Of a stretch of 64,000 bases of DNA, positions 1 to 8,599 are shown one piece after another. Every line of letters starts with the position of its first letter. The stretch's first letter is position 1. Location: NCBI GenBank assembly GCA_963728205.1, contig CAVSIV010000001.1, positions 1,184,001 through 1,248,000 of the forward strand, in the 5' to 3' direction. The notes below the pieces were generated by a model. That model was not told where the DNA came from. It saw only the letters and a program-made list of their open reading frames with translations, and did not search any database. This stretch comes from an uncultured Chloroflexia bacterium. GTDB lineage: Bacteria; Chloroflexota; Dehalococcoidia; UBA2979. A program made the translations under genes and the position numbers.

Positions 1-1
1 T

Positions 2-427
2 CCGCGCGCCGAGGCCGCGGGCCTCTACACGGCGACGGTCCGCGTCACGGTCGACGGCGCGTTGCCGCACGCAGACGTCGGCGTCGGCATCGTCGCCGAG
101 CCGACGCCGGAGGCGCACGCGACGGCCTACAAGGCGGCCGTCACCGATGCCCTCAAGCGGGCGTTCCGCCACTTTGGTCCCCAGTTCGGTGGGGACCTGG
201 CACGGGGCGCCGAAGGCACGCCGGCGGCAGACGACCCGCCCGACGAGCTGCGCCGCCGCGTGCTCGACATCGCGGCGCGCGCCGGCTCCGACGAGGCGCG
301 CACGCGCGAGTGGATCTCGCAGCACTACGGCTGCCCGCTCGAGGAACTCGACGGGCGGCCGCTCGCACACGCCGTGGCCGCGCTCTCCCGCGGCCTCGAG
401 CGCCGCAACGGCCACCACGCGGCCTGA
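2..427 (+). CDS. Rad52/Rad22 (Sak-like) single-strand annealing protein, 5'-partial
   Basis: Frame is open from the window edge; motif AYKAAVTDALKRAFRHFG matches the Rad52_Rad22 KxAxTDAxKRA..FG signature. Confidence 0.75.
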   Translation, partial: PRAEAAGLYTATVRVTVDGALPHADVGVGIVAEPTPEAHATAYKAAVTDALKRAFRHFGPQFGGDLARGAEGTPAADDPPDELRRRVLDIAARAGSDEARTREWISQHYGCPLEELDGRPLAHAVAALSRGLERRNGHHAA

Positions 428-646
428 ATGTTCGACACCGAGCACACGCGGAGGCGGGTCATCACCACGCGCTCCGCTCGCTACCGGGTGGCGTGGATCC
501 CGCTCGCCCGCTCGCCCCTGCCCGGCTTCCGCGCCTGCGCCGTCCAGGCGGTGCCCGTCGAGGAGCCGCCCACGCGCGCCGTCCGGCTCGTCCTCTTCGA
601 GCGGCTCACGCCGCCCGACGAGGGCGACCGGCCCGGCGCCGCATGA
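428..646 (+). CDS. hypothetical protein
   Basis: ATG directly follows the upstream stop; GC3-rich codon usage. Confidence 0.5.
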   Translation: MFDTEHTRRRVITTRSARYRVAWIPLARSPLPGFRACAVQAVPVEEPPTRAVRLVLFERLTPPDEGDRPGAA

Positions 647-680
647 CGACCCACCGCCCACATCGAAAAGGAGTACCGAC

Positions 681-1082
681 ATGCCAGAGTTCGTTCGGCG
701 CGCCCGGCGCCGCACTGAGATCAGCTACACGCGGGAGTTCCGCTACCGCGACAGCGAGTACGCGGGCTTCGGCTTCCCCTGCGACGCGGCGGGCAACGTC
801 GACCGCGACGCGCTGCCCGCGCCTGCTCGCTCGAACCTCGACCGCTGCCTCGCGGGCGAGCTGGACGTCGTCGACCTCGGCGTGCGCCGCGACGAGCACC
901 GCTGGACCGAGCCCGCCGTGCTCCGCTGCGACTGCGGGGCCGACGTCGTGCTCGGCCACTTCACGAACGCCTGCCCGGTCTGCCCGCGCGACTACGACTC
1001 CGCCGGCTCCCTCCTCGCGCCAGGCGACCAGTGGGGCGAGGAGACCGGCGAGGCCCTCTCCGAGATCCTGCGGACGCCGTGA
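681..1082 (+). CDS. hypothetical protein with Zn-ribbon-like Cys pairs
   Basis: AAAGGAG RBS before ATG 681; CDC...CPVC near the C-terminus. Confidence 0.7.
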   Translation: MPEFVRRARRRTEISYTREFRYRDSEYAGFGFPCDAAGNVDRDALPAPARSNLDRCLAGELDVVDLGVRRDEHRWTEPAVLRCDCGADVVLGHFTNACPVCPRDYDSAGSLLAPGDQWGEETGEALSEILRTP

Positions 1083-2033
1083 CGCCTGAGGCGAAGACGG
1101 TCACGCGCGGAAGCCGCGTGCCTCCCGGCCGGCGTCCGCGCGCGAATGCGCGCCGTGACGCCTACGCGGCGGTCACCGACCGCATCATCGCCGCGCTCGA
1201 CCGCGGCACCGTCCCGTGGCGCCAGCCCTGGCGCGCACGCGGGCACCGCAACGCGTTCTCCGGTCACGCCTACCGGGGCATCAACCTGCTGATCCTCGGG
1301 CTCACCGCGCTCGAGCGCGGCTTCGACGACCCGCGCTGGCTGACATACCGGCAGGCCGAGGGCCGCGGCGGGCATGTGCGCCGCGGCGAGCGCGGGACGC
1401 AGGTCGTGCTCTGGCGCTGGCTCGAACGCGACGACCCGGACGCGGCCGACGGCGTGCGGCGGTACCCGCTGCTCCGCCTCTTCACCGTCTTCAACGCTGC
1501 TGCCCAGTGCGACGGCTTCGCGCTGCCGCCGATGGACGGCGAGCCGTTCGACCCGATCGAGCGCGCCGAGGCGATCGTCGCCGGCTACGCGGACGGACCG
1601 CGCATCCTGCACGACGCCGACTGCGCCTACTACGCCCCCGTCACCGACGAGGTGCACCTGCCGCCGCGCGGCGCCTTCCGCGACGCCGACAGCGAGTTCG
1701 CCACGCTCGCCTCACGAGCTCGGGCATAGCACGGGGCATCGTTCGCGCCTGCACCGCGAGGGGTTCGAGCGCGACCTCGCACCCTTCGGCTCCCCGAGCT
1801 ATTCGCGCGAGGAGCTCGTCGCCGAGTTCGCCGCCGCCTTCCTCTGCCATGAGGCGGGCGTCGACGCGTCCCGCCTCGAGCAGTCCGCCGCCTACATCGC
1901 GAGCTGGCTACGCGCGCTCCGCGACGACCGGCGCCTCGCCGTCGTCGCGGCCGCGCAGGCACAGCGCGCCGCCGATCACATCCTCGGGCAGCCGTCCGGG
2001 GACCAGCCACCAGCCATCCAGGACGAGAGCTGA
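1079..2033 (+). CDS. ardC: ArdC-like antirestriction protein (DUF1738 ssDNA-binding plus zincin metallopeptidase domain), frameshift near 1710
   Basis: Motifs IIAALDRGTVPWRQPW and YRGINLLIL, then HELGHSTGH and YSREELVAE in the next frame. Confidence 0.85.
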
Positions 2034-2053
2034 CACATCGAGCGCCGGCACGA

Positions 2054-2076
2054 AGCCCCGCGAGCGATCGCGGGGC
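2054..2076 (+). terminator. GC-rich hairpin after ardC
   Basis: GCCCCGCGA-GCGA-TCGCGGGGC inverted repeat about 20 bp after the stop; no U-tract. Confidence 0.35.
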
Positions 2077-2112
2077 GGCCTCGTCATGCCCGATCCACGA
2101 AAGGACCCAGCA

Positions 2113-2445
2113 ATGACCGACCAGATCACGCAGACCGAAACGCGCGTCATCGAGCGCGACATCACCGGTGCCGAGTGCGGCGCCTGCCCGCCGCGGGGGA
2201 GCAAGCACGTCGAGGTCGACGACCTCACGGCGCAGGAGCGCCGCATCGCGAAGCGCCTGCTCCACGGCGACAGCCCGCAGCAGATCGCACTTGCGCTGGC
2301 GATCAGCACGCGCACCGTCTACTGGCACCAGGAGAACGTGTATGTGAAGACGGGCGCGCGCAGCCTCGGCGAGTTCTTCGCCTGGGCCTACCGGCACCGC
2401 GAGTGCTGCGGCTTCGCGGCGCTCTTCGAGCGCTCGCCGCGATGA
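2113..2445 (+). CDS. LuxR-type HTH protein
   Basis: LTAQERRIAKRLLHGDSPQQIALALAISTRTVYWH is a GerE/LuxR HTH pattern; AAGGA RBS. Confidence 0.75.
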   Translation: MTDQITQTETRVIERDITGAECGACPPRGSKHVEVDDLTAQERRIAKRLLHGDSPQQIALALAISTRTVYWHQENVYVKTGARSLGEFFAWAYRHRECCGFAALFERSPR

Positions 2446-2855
2446 CCGACGACCGCGGTCGGTGCGAGGTCTGCCCGACCCTCACTGATCCCTACGCGCT
2501 CCTGCAGGAGCTGCGGCACCACGCGCGGGAGCTCGTCGAGGCACCCACGCCGCAGTCGGTAAGCCGGCTGCGCGTCGCCCTCGACCACTTCGAGCCCGAC
2601 GCCGAGCTGCGGTCGTTCGTGCGCGCCGCGGCGCTCACAATCGTCGCCGGGCAGCAGTGCCACCCCGAGCTCGACGAGCTGCACGGCTACGTCTGCCCGT
2701 GTCGGCTCGGCGGGCCCGCGCACCAGCTCACGGCCGAGGAGATCTCGGATGCGCTGGCCGCGCTCGTCGCGTCGGGCCGCGCGCTCTACGACGGGCGCAA
2801 CCGCTTCCAGCTCGCCCCGCCGCCACACGGCGGGCCGACTGCCGCGGCCGCGTGA
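2442..2855 (+). CDS. hypothetical protein (CxxC and CxC motifs)
   Basis: ATGA overlap with the previous stop; coherent codon usage. Confidence 0.55.
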   Translation: MTDDRGRCEVCPTLTDPYALLQELRHHARELVEAPTPQSVSRLRVALDHFEPDAELRSFVRAAALTIVAGQQCHPELDELHGYVCPCRLGGPAHQLTAEEISDALAALVASGRALYDGRNRFQLAPPPHGGPTAAAA

Positions 2856-2871
2856 TCGCGGACGACGGACG

Positions 2872-3590
2872 ATGGCACGCTTCCGTCACGTGATCCTGCC
2901 GGGCGGGTACGGCCTGCCGGGGCACCTCGCGTACACGCGCTGCGGGCACGTCGTCGCCTACGGGCGACAACCGAACGTCCCGCGCGGCGACCCGCGCTTC
3001 TGCCCGCGCTGCCGCGAGCTCGACGACGAGCCACAGCCGAGGGCGGCGGTCGATGCGGCTAGCCACCTGACCGAGGGTGACGCGGAGCGCCTCCAGCACC
3101 TTATCCGCATCAGCTGCGCCTGCTCGGCGAGCTGCGATCGCACTACGGCTGGCAGCCGTCGCCCGACGAGCGAAGACGGCTGCGCGGCCCGCGCGACATC
3201 TACGCGCTGCTGGCTCCGGAAATGGAACCCCTCGAGCAGGAGCAGTTGCGCGTGCTCCTCCTCAACACGCGTCACGACGTCGTCGACGTCGTCATGCTCT
3301 ACCAGGGCACCGTCAACGGGGCACCCGGTCGCATCGCCGAGGTGTTTCGCGACGCGATTCGGCGGAATGTCCCCGCGATCGCGCTGGTGCACCAGCACCC
3401 GTCCGGCGATGCCGAGCCCAGCGCCGACGACCGTGCCTTCACGCAGGAGGTGGCGCGGGCCGCCGAGCTGCTCGGGATCAGCCTGCTCGACCACGTCGTG
3501 ATTGGAGGCGGCTCCTTCGTGAGCCTCCGCGAGCGCGGCTACCTCGGCAGCGCAGCGCTGACCGCGCGTCCTTCGACCCCGACCAGATGA
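2872..3590 (+). CDS. RadC-like JAB-domain protein, frameshift near 3110
   Basis: EQEQLRVLLLNTRH, ALVHQHPSGDAEPSADD (HxHPSG) and LLDHVVIG; the N-terminal part carries RCGH and CPRC. Confidence 0.85.
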
Positions 3591-3603
3591 AAGGAGAGTA
3601 TCG

Positions 3604-3870
3604 ATGACTGCTCGAAACGGTGACCGCAGCCAACGTCGAGGTGCACCGTGGACCGACGCGGAGGACGACCGGCTCCTGCGCATCGCCGACCTGCCCCCGC
3701 GACAGGTCGCGGAGCACATGCAGCGCAGCTGGCATGCGTGTCGCAGGCGGCTCGCCTACCTGCGCGCCAACGGCGCCCCACTAGCGGGGAACGCTCCCGC
3801 TCGCGGCGGGCCCGCGTCGATCGCGCACGCGGCAGGCGGCGGCGCGTCGACCCGCCAAGACCGTCCGTAG
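3604..3870 (+). CDS. small Myb/SANT-like HTH protein
   Basis: AAGGAGAG RBS; WTDAEDDRLL...VAEHMQRSWHACRRR resembles a single Myb repeat. Confidence 0.6.
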   Translation: MTARNGDRSQRRGAPWTDAEDDRLLRIADLPPRQVAEHMQRSWHACRRRLAYLRANGAPLAGNAPARGGPASIAHAAGGGASTRQDRP

Positions 3871-4152
3871 ACGCACCTGACGGGACTCGAAGCGGAACGG
3901 ACGTCCGCTCGAGTCCCGGCAGCGCGATCTGTCGCAAGAAGGAAGATCGTGCAAGTCGCAGGGCCGGCATTCGGCGCGGCGGTCGATGCGCACGCGGCCG
4001 AATCGCGAGCTCTGGTTCGTCGCTGTCCGGCAACCGCGACTCCGTGGGCGACAGTGGGGCAGCACCGCGCCGGCGCCCGCAAGTGTGACCGCGAGATACC
4101 GGTGTGCTAGCAGATTGTACCTAGCGTACGCTGAGTACGCAGGGAGGCCCTG

Positions 4153-4455
4153 ATGAGTGAACACGTGTCGGCCCGAGATGCCCGGAGCCGTTTCGCGGAA
4201 CTCACGGACCGCGTGAAGTACACGGGCGATCCGGTGATCATCGACAAGCAGGGACGCCCGTTCGTCGCCCTGATCCGCGCCGAGGACCTCGCAGTCCTCG
4301 AGCGCGCGCTCGTCGCGGAGCGGCAGGCGGCGTTCAGCCGCCTCGCCGCCGCGGCCAGCGAGCACGCGCCGGCGGCGCCCTCCGAGGAGGAGATCACCGA
4401 GGCCGTCCGCGTGACGCGCGAGGCGCTGCACCGCGAGCGCTATGGCGCTGCCTAG
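4153..4455 (+). CDS. Phd/YefM family antitoxin
   Basis: VSARDARSRFAELTDRVKYTGDPVIIDKQGRPFVALI; GGAGG RBS. Confidence 0.85.
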   Translation: MSEHVSARDARSRFAELTDRVKYTGDPVIIDKQGRPFVALIRAEDLAVLERALVAERQAAFSRLAAAASEHAPAAPSEEEITEAVRVTREALHRERYGAA

Positions 4456-4933
4456 GCTGCGGGTCGCGCTCGACGCCAACGTCCTGATCGCCGGTACCGT
4501 CTGGCCCCGCTGGCCGCACGAAGTGCTGCGGGCGGCGCTCGGACGCCATTTCGACCTCGTGCTCCCGGAGCAGGTGGTCGAGGAGGCACGCCGGCACCTC
4601 ACCGCGCAGCAACAGGCGGCACTCTCCTATCTGCTCGACCACACGCCGCACGAGCGGTTGCCCATACCACCGCGGGCCGAGGTGCTCGCGGCGCGGGATC
4701 TCGTGCGGCACGACCCCGACGTGCCGATCGCGCTCGCCCTGCTCACCGCGGGCATCGACATCTTCGTGACGAACGACCGCGACTTCACCGACGCGGACGC
4801 CGTCGCCGGACGCTTCAGCCGCCAGGTGCGCGTGATGCTCCCGGCGGTGTTCCTCCGCGACGTGCTCGGCTGGAGCTCCGAGGCGCTCGAGGCGATCCGG
4901 TCACGCACGTGGGACGACCTTCGCGACCGGTAG
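4442..4933 (+). CDS. PIN-domain (VapC-like) toxin
   Basis: VALDANVLI, DPDVPI and FVTNDRDF supply the acidic PIN residues; overlaps the antitoxin. Confidence 0.85.
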   Translation: MALPRLRVALDANVLIAGTVWPRWPHEVLRAALGRHFDLVLPEQVVEEARRHLTAQQQAALSYLLDHTPHERLPIPPRAEVLAARDLVRHDPDVPIALALLTAGIDIFVTNDRDFTDADAVAGRFSRQVRVMLPAVFLRDVLGWSSEALEAIRSRTWDDLRDR

Positions 4934-4962
4934 CGCCGTCTGACCGCTGCCGCGATCACGCC

Positions 4963-4988
4963 AGAGCCGCCCAGTCAGGGCGGCTCTG
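4963..4988 (+). terminator. hairpin after the TA operon
   Basis: CAGAGCCGCCC-AGTCA-GGGCGGCTCTG perfect 11-bp stem. Confidence 0.45.
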
Positions 4989-5020
4989 CGCATTCCCGTG
5001 CACATCCGAAGGAGAGACCG

Positions 5021-5252
5021 ATGGACCTCTACTGCCCGATCTGCGGTGAACCGTGGGCGCTCGACGCGCTGCACGATGTTCCCGACGCCGGCTTCGACGT
5101 GGCGCGCCGCCGCTTTCGCACCGAGGGCTGCGCGCTTCTCGGCTCGCCCCACAACCGCCCGATCGACGGCGCGACCGCCGCGAAGTCGGCGCTGCTCCCA
5201 CGAACTGCTCGGCGACGACCTCGACGACATCGCCAGCCTCATGGCCGAATGA
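5021..5252 (+). CDS. small hypothetical protein (MDLYCPICGEPW...), frameshift near 5200
   Basis: AAGGAGAG RBS; CxxC N-terminus; continues as ELLGDDLDDIASLMAE in another frame. Confidence 0.55.
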
Positions 5253-5355
5253 GCATGGCGACCTCGCACATCCGCTGCGCGGGATTCGCGGCGGCCGTCG
5301 ACGCATATGCCGCGGACGAGCGCGAGCTGTGGTTCGTCTCGCTGCTCGGCAACGT
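5249..5355 (+). pseudogene. 5' fragment of a mobile-element gene cut by the lower-GC insert
   Basis: ATGA-coupled start MSMATSHIRCAG...ELWFVSLLGN, then an abrupt shift to more AT-rich sequence. Confidence 0.45.
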
Positions 5356-5507
5356 TGGCTTCGAATCAAGAATCCCTTGCCTTTCTCAAGACTCGGGGCA
5401 CGAGTCACAGGCACGAGTCACGTACTTGACGGCATACGTTAGACTGCCGGCAGCCGGTAGGCCGAATCGATGCTCGAGTCAAGTGACCGACTTCCGCGAG
5501 TCAACGG

Positions 5508-6188
5508 ATGACTACCGTGCCTGTCCCCGTAATTCTCTGTGACTCCGATCCATATTCAAGATCGCAACTTCACGACATCTTCTCAGATGCGTCACACTTC
5601 GAGTTGGTCTGTGAGGTCGCGGATCCGATGGCGATACCTCCTACCGACGTGCCCTCTGTGGTCGTTATTGATCCCGCGGTCCGCAACCGGTTCGTTCCGC
5701 AAGTGCTCGAATGCGCGCACGAGCGTGCGCCAGCCGCCCAGTTGGTCGCTTATACAAGCGACTTCTCTCCGGAGTTCCTCGAGACCGCCCTCGAGGTCCG
5801 TCTCCGCGCGTACTTCCTCAAGGGGCCGGTACACGAGACCCTGCTCCCGTCCTGCGTGGAGCTCATCGGTTCTTCCGATCTCATCATCGTCGACGGATCC
5901 TTTCGCGACTGGTTCGAATCCGAACCCTGGAGACTCCGCTTTGAAGCAGCGCCTCCGTCGTCGAGAGCGCTGTCGGTACAAGAAGAAGTCATCCTGCGAT
6001 TGCTCGCAGACGGGCTCTTCGACAGTGATATCGCGCGGCAACTGTCCGTCAAGGAGACCACGGTCCGGACGCACATCAGTCGCATCGAGGAGAAGCTCGA
6101 GGCGCGCCACAGGGCGCATGCCATCGCGATTGCGATTCGGCGTGGTCTGATCGATCCGATGGCATTGGCTGCTTCTGCCGTCTTGTAG
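5508..6188 (+). CDS. NarL/LuxR family response regulator (REC plus HTH)
   Basis: VILCDSD, VVVID, YTS and YFLK receiver motifs; LSVQEEVILRLLADG...TVRTHISRIEEKL HTH. Confidence 0.85.
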   Translation: MTTVPVPVILCDSDPYSRSQLHDIFSDASHFELVCEVADPMAIPPTDVPSVVVIDPAVRNRFVPQVLECAHERAPAAQLVAYTSDFSPEFLETALEVRLRAYFLKGPVHETLLPSCVELIGSSDLIIVDGSFRDWFESEPWRLRFEAAPPSSRALSVQEEVILRLLADGLFDSDIARQLSVKETTVRTHISRIEEKLEARHRAHAIAIAIRRGLIDPMALAASAVL

Positions 6189-6549
6189 CGGGATGTCGAC
6201 GCTGCTTGTGGCCAGACGGGCCTTGCCTTGCGATCGCCTTCCGTGCAGTCTTTGGCCCGAACCGCCCACACTGCCCTCAATCGAGGGAAGACGGGAAGAG
6301 GGAAGGGACGAGGATGACGCCAGAGAATGACCAGGCGTCTCGCCGCTACGTCTAACCGGAGACTCTTATAGCTAAATCCCGCGAGTGGATGCAGAGTTCG
6401 CGGTTTGCTTCCGCGATGGCGCGGAGGGCGATTCATGCCTGTAGCGTCGTCATCCTCATGCGTCGTGCGGGTGTTGAGCATCCATGATGCGGCTTCCGGA
6501 CGCGACTAACTGCGCTACTGGCCATGATAGCTTGGGAGACGAGAACAAG

Positions 6550-6966
6550 ATGGACACTCAGACGCGCACCGACGTCGATGGACAGTCGCTCTCTCGGCGA
6601 CGCCTCCTTGGAAAGTCCTTGGCAGCCGGGATAGCAGGGGTTGCGGCACTCGCGTTGCCTACCCAGTTCCGCGTCATCGACCGTGCGGAGGCGTCAAGCT
6701 GTACCTCTTGTGGTCCCGGGACGTTGTACTACGGCGATGCAACGTTCTGCGGATGCAGCAGCGGAGACACATGCGACCATGACCCGCTGGGCTGCTGCTC
6801 TGGCAGCCAGCAAGAAACTGGCGGTATCGTCTGCGCATGGACCTACTGTGAGTCGTGCTGGCCGGGTACCTGTTGCCATCCCGTCTACTCATTCGTGGCG
6901 TGCTGCTGCTGGGGTGCTTGTTACCCATGCGACGGCAGACAGATTTCCGCGACCCAGTATTGCTGA
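6550..6966 (+). CDS. Tat-exported cysteine-rich peptide precursor (48-aa leader, 90-aa core with 18 Cys)
   Basis: SRRRLLG twin-arginine motif, hydrophobic stretch, AEA cleavage site; Cys counted directly from the translation. Confidence 0.8.
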   Translation: MDTQTRTDVDGQSLSRRRLLGKSLAAGIAGVAALALPTQFRVIDRAEASSCTSCGPGTLYYGDATFCGCSSGDTCDHDPLGCCSGSQQETGGIVCAWTYCESCWPGTCCHPVYSFVACCCWGACYPCDGRQISATQYC

Positions 6967-7008
6967 CGATCCCTCAAACAACACGTACACGCGAACAGGA
7001 TCTCAGAG

Positions 7009-7548
7009 ATGCCTCAATACGCAGCCATCACTGTAAGCAGCATCGAAGACGCGCGGGCGCTTGCGTCCTTCCCGGTCGCCATGCCTAGCTTCGTCCCGGC
7101 TGGATACGAACTGCGCTCCATCAGGCAACTGTGGCCACCCCATATCAGCGACGCCGCGCGTCAGAAAAAAGTGCATGCCGACTTCGTCGATTCGATCCAC
7201 GTCAACGCTGCGGGAGACCAGATTCTGATCACACAAGGATTCTTCGCGCGTCTGATTGGCACCGTTATGGAAGGACTCGCGCCGGCCGACAGCTCTGGCA
7301 CGCTACGCATCGGGCAGCGCGATGCGGTGTGGCTCACGGCACAGCCAATGACTCCTCCGGTACACGATGGTGCGGGCCGACGCGTCATTCCCGACTGGAA
7401 GAAGAATGCCATGACTTGCGTGGGCTGGCTCGCGGGTACGGTGCCGCCGCCCGAAGGCGGCAGAACTCCGAGCTCCAGGTACTACGCCATCGAGGCTACA
7501 GCGCTGTCGCTCGATGAAGTCATCAAGGTCGCAGAGTCCGTGTCTTAG
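7009..7548 (+). CDS. DUF4367-like protein
   Basis: SIEDARALASFPVAMPSFVPAGY at the N-terminus and LSLDEVIKVAES at the C-terminus are typical of DUF4367. Confidence 0.55.
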   Translation: MPQYAAITVSSIEDARALASFPVAMPSFVPAGYELRSIRQLWPPHISDAARQKKVHADFVDSIHVNAAGDQILITQGFFARLIGTVMEGLAPADSSGTLRIGQRDAVWLTAQPMTPPVHDGAGRRVIPDWKKNAMTCVGWLAGTVPPPEGGRTPSSRYYAIEATALSLDEVIKVAESVS

Positions 7549-7565
7549 GTGGTGGTGCACTGGCC

Positions 7566-8144
7566 ATGATGCTTGATCAAGGACTAGGCGATGCGTTAGT
7601 GACCATCGCGCGTCTGTCACTTGCTTCCATCTTCTTGATGGCGGGTTGGACGAAAGCCGCAGAAGGCGAAAACTTTGTCGCGACAGTGGAAAAGTACGGG
7701 ATTCTTCCTCGTCGAGTGGTCCGTCCATTCTCCATATCGCTCCCTTGGGTCGAGTTGATCGCGAGCGCGCTGCTGTTTTCCGGATTTGAGATCCAAGTGG
7801 CGTGCGCTGTCACGGTCGCCTTGCTCGCCGCCTTCGTCTTCGCTTCGCTTACCGCGATGTCGAGAGGAGTCGCTCTGGATTGCAGCTGCTTCGGGCTGTT
7901 ATATCGCGAGCGGATCGGGTCTGCCACCGTGGCCCGCGACGCTGTCTTGCTGTGCTTGTCTGTCGCCGTCTTTGCTCTCGATGGAGGAAGGTTCTCGCTC
8001 GCAGCGTTGCTCTCGGGTACCGAAAGCGCGGCAGTAGGTGTGGCAGTCGCCGTTGCAACAGCGGCCTCATTCGCTTTGAGCGCCACGCTGGCTTCCAAAG
8101 CGACGGGCTCTGACCTTGCGGGTCAACCCGGGCTCGCGCGCTGA
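7566..8144 (+). CDS. mauE: MauE/DoxX family membrane protein
   Basis: RLSLASIFLMAGWTK, LPWVEL and DCSCFG...ARDAVLL (CxCFG hallmark of MauE); several TM helices. Confidence 0.85.
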   Translation: MMLDQGLGDALVTIARLSLASIFLMAGWTKAAEGENFVATVEKYGILPRRVVRPFSISLPWVELIASALLFSGFEIQVACAVTVALLAAFVFASLTAMSRGVALDCSCFGLLYRERIGSATVARDAVLLCLSVAVFALDGGRFSLAALLSGTESAAVGVAVAVATAASFALSATLASKATGSDLAGQPGLAR

Positions 8145-8599
8145 TGTCGGGTTCAGCTCACCGACGAGCGACCCGTTGCCACCACCTCGGGACGCGTGCG
8201 ATGCCGTCGACTGCGGCGACGTGGGTCACGCGGAGCAAGACGCGGTTCTGGAGCGAGGCGGGCGGCACCAAGCAGGGTACCTCCAGCGAGCTGCGGACGC
8301 GCGTGATGAGGCGTCGGAGACGGCCGTCCCGCAAAACTCCATTGCGGCCGAGAAAGGGGGGTCCGGGGTTGGTGGGGGGGAGGGCTCGTCTCCGTGCAGT
8401 TCCGCGACGGTTCCGAGGCTGCGAAACCCGAGCGAGATCTAGACCTACCGAGATTGGTGGACATGAATCAGGTCTCCTCGCCAGGTGATCCCATCGTTGG
8501 CACCCGAGGCGGTTGATCTTCATGGCGCGGGGCCGTCCACTGCGTAGGGCACGGGCGACGAGTGGCGTGCTCGGCTGCACCAGGGGCGGACGGACGCAG

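Noticed and set aside
5426-5445. TTGACG...TAGACT sigma70-like promoter
   Set aside because: The spacer is only about 8 bp.
6550-8144. Methylamine dehydrogenase (mau) operon
   Set aside because: Only MauE is recognisable. There is no MauD or MauG, no clear MauB, and the peptide core is shorter than and not recognisably similar to MauA.
8150-8480. Possible IS end (GGCCGTCCCGCAAAACTCC) and gene remnant
   Set aside because: No partner inverted repeat or transposase motif was found.
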